64,000 nt of DNA from the human T2T-CHM13v2.0 reference genome, Homo sapiens, in assembly GCF_009914755.1 (NCBI RefSeq), contig NC_060925.1; one strand, 5' to 3'. A model generated the notes under the pieces. It made no database searches and was not told where the DNA came from. It saw only the letters and a list, made by a program, of their open reading frames with translations. Every line of letters begins with the position of its first letter. Position 1 is the stretch's first letter. Shown here in pieces: positions 1-13,858 of this stretch. The translations under genes and the position numbers were made by a program.

Positions 1-1
1 T

Positions 2-355
<354 letters not shown>

Positions 356-1089
356 CATGTTAAGTTCTTAATGAGGGTTGGTTAAGTAAATTGGTGAAGA
401 GAGTGGGGAAGGCTGAGAACTGGGTCTGGGGAACCTCCCTATACCTTTTCCACTCTCTTCTCTCCTAAGTCCCCTAACCAAACCTTCTTCCCATTTTCTT
501 TGAAGTCCTCTCCACCACCTGATCCCAGGTAGACTCCATCAGAGACCCAAAGTGGCTCTAAAGGGAACACAGTGGCTGAAACAGGGGGAAGACATCCAGC
601 TCTGCATCTTCACTATCGCCCAGGGTGAGGGAATTAAAACAACATTAAGAGGACTTGGAAGGGTCTCAATGAGGGCCAGGAGGTGCTCAGCATGCCTTAT
701 ACATGAATACACCTTTGTTTAATTGGAAATCTTAGTGCAGCATATCCCTCTCTGAGTAGACTTCAGGCAGCTGTGATTCAGATGTTTCTAAAATACTGAA
801 AAAATGCTGGTACTACAAAAATTGCCTGCATTTCAGTGCATAACAACACTACAGTGTACCAGAACTCCCAAATATTAAATGTTAAGAAGTCTTAGAATCC
901 CCTTATCACTCCCAGAGTTCAGAGTGAAGAGCTGTTGGGAACAGAAACCATGGTCTGTCCATGGAGGCAAACCCTTGATGTTGTGGAGCCTGGGGGGGCC
1001 AGGGGTGTGGGGCAGTGGGATAGGGGAGAAAGAAGAATGTAGACAGAAAGAGAATAAATCATCAGAAAGAACAGATGGGGTATCAGGCC

Positions 1090-1511
1090 TGCAGTAGACA
1101 GGATCACAGCCCCCCAAAGATGTTCCCATTTTAATTCCTAGAATTTGTGACTGTTACCTTATAGGGCAAAAGAGACTTTGCAGGTATGATTGAGCTAAGG
1201 ATCTTCAGATGAGGAGTTTCTACTGGATTCTCTGAGTGGCCTGAGAGGGAGGCTGGAGGGCCAGAGTCAGAGGAGATGTGATGATTGAATCAGAGGTCGG
1301 AGTGATGCGGAACCACAATCCAAGGATTGCGGGAAGCCTCTAGAAGATAGAAAAGGCAAGGAAACAGATGATCTCCCAGAGCCTCCAAAATGAACACAAA
1401 CTGTGGCCCATTTTAGACTTCTCACCTCCAGAACTGTAGGATATTAAATATGTTACTGTTTTACATCATAACATTTGTGGCAATTGGTTACAACAATAGG
1501 AATCTAATACA
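1090..1511 (+). mobile_element. MaLR solo LTR (MLT1C/D-like)
   Basis: cccccaaagatgtt...ggcaaaagagactttgcag...ggaatctaataca matches MLT1 LTR features. Confidence 0.75.
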
Positions 1512-1920
1512 GGATCCATAACAGACATGAGGGCAATTAACTCAACAAATATTTCTTGAAGGTCTGCTATGAGCCAGGCACTGCTCTGGGCATGGAGAAA
1601 AGAGCAATGAAAAAGGAGACAAATCCCTCTTTCTTGGAGCTTTCATTCTAGTGGGAAGAGACAGGTAGTAAATGAGTTACATAGGATAATTTCAAATAGT
1701 TAAAAGTACATGAAATTCAGTAGCTATTTTTATTCTTGCATTTGAGGGACCAATGGCACACCCAGGTGGACAGTTTCGACAGTCAGTTGGACTTTCGGCC
1801 CGGCTATTTCAAGAGTGGTTCAACTGCCATTTTACTGAACACCTACTATGTGCCAGACACTGTACTGGGCTCTCTCACATTGGCTAGCTTCTCTCAGCTT
1901 CCTAATAGTGGAGCTCTTAA

Positions 1921-2502
<582 letters not shown>

Positions 2503-4098
2503 CAGATCTGGAATTTGAACCCAGACAGGGAGACTCCAGGGACTACTACCCTGCACTGCTCCATTGCTGGCACTTGGAGGACCAGCAGCCTTCCCTTGAT
2601 GCAGGCCTCTTTGGAGAGAGGGAAACAGACAGAGGCCGCGCCTGTCTGTTTGCAGGCAAACAGAGGTTGCAGGCAGCGTGATGCCATGGGAAGAGAGCCA
2701 GCTTGAAAGCGAGGGGGACACGAGGTGACGGCCTGGCTCTATCCCTCTACCCCTTACTGAGGGACAGACCATAAGGAAGAACTTCAGATTCGCTAAGCCT
2801 CCGCTTCCTTTTGAACAGAGATCTTCATTCATTCATTCATTCAACAAATATTTACTGAGAGCTTTTCATGTGCCACACACTGTCTTCACGAATGTGATGT
2901 TCTAGCTAGGAAGACAGACAAGAAAACAAGTGACCAGACAAATAAAATAACCGCAAGCCGTAATGAGCACCACGCAGGGAGGTAGCCAGGGGCTTTGGGG
3001 AGAAAGCTGGGTGAGGGCCTATTGTGGATAATAACAGCGGTCACCTGGAGGGTCAGAAGGAGCCAGCCGCATAGAGAAGAGCAAGCATTCTGGGCAGACA
3101 GAAGAGCGTGTGCAAGAATCCCAAGAAGTTTGGGAACTGAGGGAGCCCAGTGTGGCTGCAAGCAGTGAAGAGACCATAGGCGATCCTAGTCCCTCTTCCT
3201 GGCTTATCGTGAGTATGAAAGAGGGCTGCACACATGTAGTAGACACTTAATAAATGTGAGATCTCCTCCTCTCTCCCCCAGGCTGGGTGCCACCGGGCCA
3301 GAAAGAGGCTCCTTCCCAGGGGTGGGGCAACACTCCTAGCCATCTTCAGCCACGAAACCCTAACAGCTCCTCGGGGTCCCCAAGCTCCAAGCCTCTCTTG
3401 CCACCATCAAAGCACACACTTTCTCCCTTTGTCTAATTATTCCTAATTGGAAGAAAAATTGTTTGGCAAATCAACTGGCATCTCCTCGGCTCCGGTGTCC
3501 TAGCAACCCAGCTCTCAAGGGGTGACACCAGAGAGGAGGCGCCTGCCGCCTCCACACTGCACAGAGTGCCAGGGAAGGGCAGGCATGACAGCTACACCCC
3601 CAGACTGGCGTCTCCTCTCTCCTTGGCCCCTCGGTGCTGCACCCCGCATGCACATGCAGTCGTGCACACACACACACACCCACCCCCCCAACAGAGGCCA
3701 CCAGCACTTGACCTGCCTGAAACATAACCTCAGCCTTTCTGGAAAGCAGAAGGTGTCTCAGAAATAGATTTCTAATTTTCCAGCCACCTGCTCGGCTGAA
3801 AGATATTCTGGAGTTTATAATTACTTTTCAAGCACTTAACTAGAGCCTAGTTTCTAGGGCAGCTTGATGCATCTCCTAATGTTCTCCTAATGTTTATGGG
3901 GAAATCTCACCCTTCTGCTCAGCCAGGGTAGCAGGAGAGTGGCCCAGGCACGTCCCAGGGAAGGGCGCTGCCTCCTGAGCTCGGGCTTTGTAAAGATAGC
4001 AATACTGCCCTTGCGGGGTCTGAGGAAGGAGTCAATGAGATAATGCGGGTACAGCTCCTGAACAGGACACCGGAAGTCGAAGAAGTTCTCAGAGACTA

Positions 4099-4507
<409 letters not shown>

Positions 4508-4559
4508 TCAGGGACCAGCCCTCGGAGGCAGAACTTCCCTCATTTGCCCTCTAACAGGT

Positions 4560-4800
4560 GGCTTGAGCTTGGTGGCTGGACCAGGGTTCAAATCCCAGTC
4601 ACACTATCTACTGGCTGTGTGATAATGGGCAAGTTACCCACCATCTCTGTGCCTCAGTCTCCCCACCTGGGAAGTAGAGATGATGATGGTGCCCACCTCA
4701 TAGGGCTGTTAAGGAGCTTAAAAGAGTCAATTCATGTAAAGCAATTAGCACAGTACCCAGCTCATAACAAGAGCGCTGAGTAAATATTCTATTACTGTTA
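4560..4800 (+). mobile_element. MIR
   Basis: Core gggcaagttacc...tctctgtgcctcagt...cctcatagggctgtt. Confidence 0.8.
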
Positions 4801-5973
4801 CTATCAAATAATGAGCAAACAGCTACCCCTGTTCTCTGATTATTTGATAACAGTAATCAAATATTTATAGTTACTATATATTTATATTACTTCTCAAGCA
4901 CTGTTGAAAATAAATATATAAATATATATCTATTTACATACATTTATATGTGTGTATATATACACACAGAGTAACTTCCATTTGTATTTTTATCTCATCC
5001 TGTTAAATTTATACTTCATATATGTCTCATAACATATAGATTTTATAAATAAACATACATATATTGATGGGCCTTACGCAAGAAAATTTCAAGGACAGGG
5101 GAACACAACCCAAAAAAGGTAGGAAAGAGGGAGTAAACACAAATTATTTCAAGTGGAAGAGGCCCTAGGAATCCTTCAGCCAATCCCCACTGAGGACACT
5201 GAGGGCCGGGAAAGGGGTGATACAACCCGGAGTCACACCAGAAACAATGAACCAAAACCCTGAAAAATCCACAGAAGGCTTGAGAAGCTGACGCCACAGA
5301 ACTCCCGGGAGACAAGCATCTCCACCCCATGGGTGGAGCAGTCAGAAAGGCTTCCTGGAGCAGGTGGCAGCACCTGACCTTTGAGCAGAAGGGCAAAAAG
5401 TCCCACATGGGTCAAACCTAGGTCAGAAAAGAGGAGGCATTGCTTCTAAAGTCGCCACCACTTGGGGTTCACAGGGTGTCCACACGGGGTGAACACTCCC
5501 AGCAGGGCCAACTTCCAACAATTAAGGGTTTACAATTCACCCGCAAATGTCCTGAAAACTGAGGGGTACAAGTTGGCACCAGCACACCCTAGAGCTCCCC
5601 CCGGCTGCTCGGTGCTCACGCACTGCGAATCTCCACCAGCCTCTCTGTCCTCCAGTCAGTCTGTCTGTCTGTCGTTGGGTCAGCCTACCACTCTGTTTCC
5701 CGAGGTCATTCTCTGAGCTGGGGTGAGGGGCCAGGAAGATGTCACTCTCTCTGTCCCTTAGGTGTCTCCTCCCTGGGTCTATACTGGGGTCCTTGTCTCC
5801 CCCAGCTCTGCTGATGTGTGTCCGGGTCTCTCGCCTCCTCGGTGCCTCCTCTGACTAGAGGGTGTCTGTGGGTTGCTTGACGGCCCGCCTTTCCTCTGGG
5901 CCTGCTGCTCTCTGGCTCTGGGTATGTGTGGGCCGAGGTGGTGTGTAGCTGACTTCTCTGTGGGCCTCTAAGT

Positions 5974-6163
5974 CAGTGGTTCTCAAAGTGTAGTCCAGGG
6001 GGCCAGTAGTGTCACCTGGGAATTTGTCAGAAGTGCACATTCCCAGCCCCACCCTAGACCTACCAAATCGGATGCCCTGGGGTTGGGGACCTGGCAATCT
6101 GTATTTTAACACCCCTCCCCCAACCCCCGGGGCTTCTGGTGCAGCTCAAGTTTAAGCACCAAG
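5974..6163 (+). mobile_element. MER5A (hAT-Charlie MITE); a second MER5-like copy lies at about 6521-6680
   Basis: cagtggttctcaaagtgt...tcacctgggaatttgtcagaa...ccccaccctagaccta...aatctgtattttaac. Confidence 0.8.
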
Positions 6164-7852
6164 TCAATCTCTTTCTGGATCTTCCTTGCGGGGAAGGAGG
6201 GGTGTTCCTCGCTCTAGGCCTGGCTTGTCCGCCCCTTCGTCATTCTCCCAGTAGGTCTGCATCTGTCTGTCACCCCCAAAGCCACTGGACAGAAAGCAGC
6301 TGCATCCCAGTGGGCACTTGGCTCATGCCCTGCGCCTGATAGCTGGGACCCAGACAAAGAGCAAACAAGCCAGGCAGAGGAGAAAAGCCCAGTGAGAGGC
6401 ACAAAGGCAGCTTGTGGACTGACCACAAAGCCTGGGGCAGACTGTGGTGGATTAATCGGGAAACAGGAACCTCTTCCTCTGCTGGAGACAATCACAAGGC
6501 TGTGTTCAGATCACCTCTGGCAGGGATTCTCCTGGCTGCACACGGAATCACCTGGGGCTCTGTCAAAGCATCCTAGATGCTGGGGATGCACTCCCAGAGA
6601 CTCTGCTTCAGATAGTTGAGCTGAAGCCCAGACATCAGTATTTTTTAAAACACTACCCAGGTGATCTGAACGTACAGAGAACAGATACCTAATGGAACCA
6701 TCACAACCCCCTTCAAGATGGTGATCAGGATTCTCCTTGTGCCAATGGAACAAATGAGGCTCAGAGAGGGAAAGACTTGACCAAAGTCACATCACTAAAA
6801 ATGGCAGAGCTGGGATTTGAACCCGGATCTGTCAGGCTCCAGGCCCACATCTTTGACTCCACCTCGAGCTGTACATTTTGCACATAATAGTGTCATTCTC
6901 CACGGCCCGTTCGCTGCTGGTCTCCCTGGATGGCCGTGGGTTGCCCCTTCAGCCAACCCAATGACATCCCCCCCACCTACTTTCCCACCTCCCCGGTACT
7001 CTCCAGCCGTGATGCCCGCGGCCTGGGACAGCCAGCCCCTCTGAAGTGGCTGACCTGTTACAGCACCCCCACTCTCTCACTCTTCCGAAAGGATTTTTGT
7101 TATTTCGTTACCAGGAAGGTTTCCTTCCTGATACCCCCTAGAAAGCCTCCCTGCATCCCCACTCCTCCACAAAAACACTCTTCTCCTCCAGGCCCCTGCC
7201 CCTGGAGTCTGGCCAGACGACTTCTCGGTATATAAAGCAGGCGTTTGCTTTCTCTCCAAGTGCAGTCAGCGCCCAGGCTCTAGAGCCACAGCGCCAACAA
7301 CAGCGCAATTGCCTAACAGCAGTTTCTCAGCCTCTCCCATGGAGGTGCCCTAACCCACAGGAGTGACCTCATCCCTGCAGGAGCCTGCACTGCAGGTCAG
7401 TCTGGCCCCTCTTAAGCTCAAAATGTCTTTGAAGCCTCCTATTTTCTCTTTAAAAGTCAAGTGAACTTTTTGTTGTACTCCATAATGTGTCAGGGTTTGT
7501 TTCAATGCCTATTGATTGAATTTTGACAAGGAACATGTATTACTTTTGTAATGTAAAATATTCTATTAATAAGTAAATAGAATGCTTCTAATTCCTTGCC
7601 ATCAAGTAAAATTGATGATCCAGAGACATGCCAGGTTTACTCTGTGGCTTTATGAATTCCCAACACATAGGGCATCCCCAGGGGCATCCATAATGCGTTT
7701 ATTCTTTCTTTCCTTCACCCATTCAACAAATATTTTTAGAGTGCCTGCAGTATCCCAGGCCTGGGGCTAGAGCCTGGGACTATAATCATGAGTAAAACAG
7801 ACATGCTTCCGGTCTCCAGGGAGCTTCCAGTCTATTCAGGGGGTCAAGATGT

Positions 7853-7854
<2 letters not shown>

Positions 7855-7916
<62 letters not shown>
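7855..7916. repeat. Compound (AC)n(TC)n microsatellite
   Basis: Directly visible. Confidence 0.97.
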
Positions 7917-7918
<2 letters not shown>

Positions 7919-8130
7919 AGTAAAAGTATAATAAGCTGTAATAAATACACTGCAGGAAAAGCAAAGGACGCTCTGAGCAAGAATAATGGGTGCACTAAAA
8001 TTGTTTCCAAGGAAGTGACATTTAAACTGAGACATCAAGATGACTAGGAGTTGGCCAGGTAAAAGGGAGCAGTGAGAGAATGCTGCAGATGCCAGGAACA
8101 GCCGGTGGGAAGGGGAAGAGGGGCACAAGC

Positions 8131-8394
8131 CCAAACCTTCCTGGCGGCTCAGGGATGAGTCCTTCACCATCTGCAGCAAGAGTTTTGAGGAGCAGTCCCC
8201 CTTATGAACCCTGGGAGGCAGCCAGGCCCTCTGCTAGACCCAGCCCAACTATAGTCTCTGGGCCAAACCTTCCTGGCGGCTCAGGGATGAGTCCTTCACC
8301 ACCTACAGCAAAGGTTTAGAGGAGCAGTCCACCTTAGGATCCCTGGGAGGCAGCGAGGCCCTCTGCTAGACCCAGCCCAACTGTAGTCTCTGGG
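8131..8394 (+). repeat. Tandem duplication, 2 x 132 bp, about 92% identical
   Basis: Units 8131-8262 and 8263-8394; 10 mismatches counted by eye. Confidence 0.95.
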
Positions 8395-8440
8395 CACAAG
8401 TTCAACTGTGATCACACAGCCAGCTTCCAGCTCAGTACCA

Positions 8441-8476
8441 ACCTGGAGGACCTGGAGGACCTGGAGGACCTGGAGC
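8441..8476 (+). repeat. (ACCTGGAGG)x4 minisatellite
   Basis: Directly visible; last copy ends in C. Confidence 0.9.
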
Positions 8477-10289
8477 CAGGTGGGGTGAAGGCCAGCAGGC
8501 AGCAGGCACAAAGGCTGGCGAGGCCTGTGGATTCAGCCCCAAGTTGGAAAGTGTAGGACTCCAGTCAACTCCAGGTCAGGGCCAAGACCAGGCCAATCCT
8601 CTAGGGCTTCCTCACACTGTCCCTGATGTCTGATGACAGCACCTTTGGAGCACATGGCATGAGAGAACAGCCTTTAGGAATTAGAGGGCCAGCTGCCCTT
8701 CTGAGCCCAGCTCTGGTCAGAGACTCCACCACGGTCAAGTCCAACACCTCACTTTGTGCTCAGTTGTGGGTCCCTGGCCCCTGTTCCTGACTCACTTTCT
8801 AGCAAGCCAGTCCATCTAGGGTGGAGGGCTGCTCCCCTTCTACCTGCTGTCACCCCCGTGAAGGGAATCCTAGCCTTGAACCCAGGCCTATCTGGGCTGG
8901 GGGCCCTGTGTCCTGAACCCTCTGCCACCACTGCAATAGTGTGCTCATTCTGGGGTTCAGCACTGCCCCCCTGCACTCAGCCCAGCTCTCCCCATGTCCC
9001 AGCGAGGGGGTACCCACCATCCACCTCATTGTCTCACTGGTTCTTCTCTGACCCCTCTCCCACCTGAGCCTTGAAGCAGCTTCTTGTCTGGGCTTTCTGC
9101 TTCCCGATAGCCAGAGGTATCTTTCTGCAAACACAAATCAGGGACTTCAGTGAACTTTCCATGGCTCTTAGGGTAAAGTCCAACTCCTTCATTGAAGTCG
9201 ACAAGTTCCAGGCCCCCATTCCACCGCCACCTCTCTGCTTTCATCTTCTGGGAAGATTTGTAAAGGAGGAAAGGACACTAGGAGAAGGCTCAGGGGAGAG
9301 TGGAAGGAACAATTCAGAAGGAGCACAGACTGGAACACCCCAAACTTGTGACCTCCACCCCACCCAGCAGCTTCTGCCCCTACAGGAGCAGGAGCTGGTC
9401 GCTGGTGGCTGGTCGCTGGCAGCACAGAACGGCTCTGAGGGCGGAGGCTGCAGGAGCCCGGGCGCTGCCGCCAAGCCTGGGCCTCTGCTGCCCCCCAGCG
9501 GCTGAATGGAGCAGCCCGGGCAGGTGAGCTAGTCTTGCAGCGACCAGCAGCCAAGTGTGTCTCCCCAGGACTCAGCAATCCCCTAACACCTCGGCAAGTG
9601 AGCAAAGTCCACAGTCAAGGGTGTGGCCAAAAGCAAAGTCCTCCGTTCAGCGGTCAGCATCAGCGTCCAGCCTAATGGGTCCTGAACACACTCCTGTTAG
9701 GCATCTGCCATAATGCATTGTAATTTTCCTGTTGCTACATGTGTAGCAACTAGACCCCACTAGATCCTATAATCTGGGGTCTGCGCTCACAAGGTAATTC
9801 CATGCCTTCTGGTCATCCAGCCTCTCCAGGCTTCTCACTCCCTTACTGCTCTACTCTGCTCTTCCCTGCCAAACCTCCTTCCCAATCCCCTGAGCCTCGG
9901 AAACCATCCCAGGCCAACAAACCCCAAGCGGAGAGCTTCAGCCTCTCCACACACTCCCCTTCCACCACCAGTTTGAAGTGACTGCAGGTTCTCCCACCAC
10001 CACCACCAAAGCTCATTCATTCACTCATTCCTGCATTCACCAAATACTTACTGAGAGCCTCATGGGTGCTGGGCTTTACGCTAGACCCTAGAACAAAGGC
10101 AGAGAACAGACTGATGAGGTCCGCTCCCACAAAGGAGCTTACCTTCCAGCTGGGGCAGACAAACAATTTGAATCAATGAACAAGGTAATCTCCGATGGCG
10201 ATAAGTTGAGTGATGTGTTATAGGGGACTTGGAGGGTGGCAACAAGAGTCAAAGTTAGGTGACCTAGGGAAGGCCTGTCTGAAGCCAAG

Positions 10290-11040
10290 TATAATGGTTT
10301 TTGAATATGTCCGTCCACTGCCTTCAAAAAGTGGAGACTAATTTCCCTTCCCCTACATCCCTTATGTGCAAGCTGTATTTAATGACTCACAAGAAGAATG
10401 TGGCAGAAGTAATGATATTTGACCATGGATGACTTCCAAGATACGGCATAAAAGGATTCCGCCCTACTTTCCCCTCTCTCACTCTAGGGGAAGCAGCTGT
10501 CATATCATGAGGACACTCAAGTCAACCCATTGAGAGGCCCACAGCGGGGAACTGAGGCCTTCTGCCAGCAACCATGTGAGTGCACCATCATGGAAATGGA
10601 CCATCCAGCCTCGGTCAAGCCTTCAGGTGACTGCAGCCACTTGAGTGACCCCGAGCCAGAACTAGCTGGCTAAGCCACTCAGGGCCAATTTGTCCGCTAA
10701 ACACAGGAGGCACCATGCCTTGGGCCCACAAGACATTTAGGACCAGTGAAAATGTTTTTCACTTCTTTTAAAATTAGGAGAAAGAAGGAACTTTTAGGTC
10801 AAAGAAAATGTTTTTAATATATAACATTAATATATTTATCTTTATACCAACACAATCATGAAATGTGATTTTTCAAATATTCTTTGAAAAGGGAAGAGGC
10901 CATAAAAGGCAAAAGTGCCTAGGTCCCATAAACATCATCATGTGGTCCTGAAGCTGCTCCAGAATTCCTGACCAACAGAAACTTGGAGATAATAAATACT
11001 TGTGATTGTAAGCTATTAAATTTGGGGGTGATTTGTTATA
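10290..11040 (+). mobile_element. MaLR LTR (MLT1-type) interrupted by a hAT DNA element at 10680-10950
   Basis: MLT1 motifs (aactgaggcct..., ccttcaggtgactgcagcc, ataataaat...taagctattaaatttgggg); insert with cagggcc...ggtcctg termini. Confidence 0.7.
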
Positions 11041-13790
11041 GCTTTGTATCCTGGCTTTGTGAATATTTTAGGGCGGAGCATAAGCACTGCAGACAGGGAA
11101 GAGCAGGTGCAAAGAAGTCATCTTGACATGCTCAAAATGAACAGAAAAAGAGTTATTTAACTACTTTAAGCCTTCATCTTCTTGCCTGGAAGATGGGCCG
11201 ATGATCATCACACCTCATTGTGTAGCTGTTGGGATTAAATGAACCGTATCTGGCACAAAGTAAGCACTCTGTCCCGTGCTGGTGTCCCCTCTCTCCAGCA
11301 GGTGCGGGGTCCCAAGGAGGTTGTGTTCTGGTTGTCAGCAGACTCCGGAAGCTTCTGACGCAGGCCTCTTCATTCTCATCTATCTTCATTTGCATTAATA
11401 GCACATAGGTAGCACTTGCCATGAGCTAGAGATGTTTCTAGGAGCTTTGTAGGTGTGCACATGTGCAACGTCTTATTGTTTGCTAGGATAACTCAGCCTC
11501 CTCTTGGCCTTTCTTCCCCATCCCACGTCTTGCCTGGGCCCCATACCTGAAGGCCTGAGCCATCCTAGCACCAGAGCCCTCAGGCTTCTTGGGCCTGTGA
11601 TCTGCACCAGTGTGCCCAGCAGCTGGAGGTGGGTGGCGGGGGTTGGGGGTACAGAGAGACTTCTAGGCAGGATTCTGAGGTGGGAGAAGTAGGTGTTCCA
11701 CAGAGCAGGATTGGAGGAGCTCAGGCTTTGCAGCTCTGCCCACAAGATCTGCCTTCCTTTCCCAGCACCCACTCGCTCATTCACCCAGATGCTGTCAGAA
11801 TCTTCTGTAATCCTGGAAGATTCCTGATTGAGAGGCAAAGTCCTTACTTTCCCCCTAAAAGCCTATCATTTGCACACACATTTACCTGTGTTCTGCTGAG
11901 GTAGGGAAGAGCCCTCCCTCACCACTGTCAGGGCATAAGAGACAAAGCAAGGCCATAGCCCAAGGGCTCAGGCACGGCAGTTGGGGACAGAGGGGGCATT
12001 ACTTCTCCACGTGCACGCACACACGTGCACACACACACACAGACACACAACTTGAAGCCTGAAGCCTGAACTCTCCCCTTCCTTAGGAAGTCTTTTACCC
12101 AGATTCACAGACAGGTTAGGAGCATCAGGATGAGCAGTCCCTGGGCTGGCTGGGTGTAGGAGGTGTGTCCATCACTCCCTGCCCTACTCACTGCCCCTGC
12201 CAAGTAGACACACTGTGATCTATGATGGCAGCAATAATAATGGCAAAAAGCGGTGGTAGCAGACTGCGTCCTCTGGGCCGGGGCTCTGCATGCATTCATT
12301 CACACAGCATCATGTATTCAGTCTTCACATGGGGAAGATAGCACTGTTACCTCCAAGGATGAGTCAAGAGCACAGAAAAGTGAAGTCACTTGCCCAGGGT
12401 CACACAGGGAGAAAGTGGAATTTAAATCTAAGCAATCCATCTGCAGAGCCGGGGCTCATGGCACTGAACCATACTGTCCTACTTGTCTTGCCCATCCAGG
12501 TCACAGACACCTGGACCCAAGGGCGGCCAATCCTCAGGAGGAGGAGCTGGGCCAATCAGTCACTCCTTCAGCTAGACTGGGAGCAGCGAGCGCAGGGGCC
12601 AGGAAGAGAAGCTGAGCTTCACCATGGAGTAGAGCAGACAGAATAGCCTTGGGGACCAGGTGTAAGAGAGGACAGAGCAACCATGCAGAGAAGAGCCAAG
12701 CCGAGATGCCCAAGAAGCTCCTGGGAGATGGGCCAGAGCCCCTCTCAGTCCTGCTGGCTCCCAAGCTGCAGGCTGCCAGAAACCTGCTGGTCCAGTGGCT
12801 CCTGCCCTGAGAGACATAGAAGTCCTGCCATACCTACAGTGTGTCCCCTTCATGGGGCAAGCTTTAAAAGGTCTCCCATCCTGGCTATCAGAAGGGTTCT
12901 GGTCAGAACATACTGTGTGACCTTGGGCAAGTTACTTAACCTCTCTGTGCCTCAGACTCCTCCAGGAGATGGGATTTTGTGAGAATTCAAACTGACGCTG
13001 TATATGAAGCAGCTTAGGAGACTACCAGCACATAACAGATGTGAAGTAAGTTGTAGATATTTCCGGTGCTTACCCCTGGCATCCTCACCCTCCTAGTGGA
13101 TTGAATCTTAAGTGCGCACAGCGTAGACTCAGGTTGAGGCCCTGGTGACATGGCCAGTGGGGACCTAAGTGAATGATACTGACCCGAATGGCTTAACTCG
13201 AGTGCCACGGGGCCCTCGTATGCCTGAGCTAAATGAGAACACTGTCGTGGGGGCCTGCATCAATATTCTGCACCCCAGTTCCCCTCTGGGGCCTGGCCTC
13301 TCCCCTCATTAGCCCCCTTCCCTGCCCCCAACCAACAGCTGGAATCTGCTGTTGGTTGTGGGGTTTTTATAATAAACTTTTTATTTTGGAAGAATCTAAA
13401 AACTACAAAGATAGTACAAATAGCTCCTGTATACTGATAACATCTCACATAGCCGTGGCACATCTATAGAACTAAGAGACTACCATTGGCACAGTAACTA
13501 TAAACCAAACTCCAGGTGAATCCGGAAGCATGCTAGAGAGGCATACTGCTGGGGGTGCGGAGGGGCGGGACGCAGAGGCGCCCTTAGTTCCAACAGACGA
13601 GGGAGGGGCCCCATGCCAGCTGACTGGAAGGATCCGTCACACCTGCTCCCTTTTCCTCCCTCACATCTACGAAAGTCACTGCTCTTCCCTAGGTCTCCAC
13701 CTTCACTCAGACCGGAAGCAGCTCTGATGCAGGGTTTGTGTGCTGAAGTCCTGTTTCCAGGGGCCTTCTCAGTGAGGGAGAAGGTCCACC

Positions 13791-13858
13791 ATATGTAACA
13801 AATCTGCATATTGTGCACATGTACCCTAAAACTTAAAGTATAATTAAAAAAAAAAAAG
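13791..13858 (+). mobile_element. Extremely 5'-truncated L1PA 3' end with poly(A)
   Basis: atatgtaacaaatctgcatattgtgcacatgtaccctaaaacttaaagtataat + A-tail. Confidence 0.85.
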
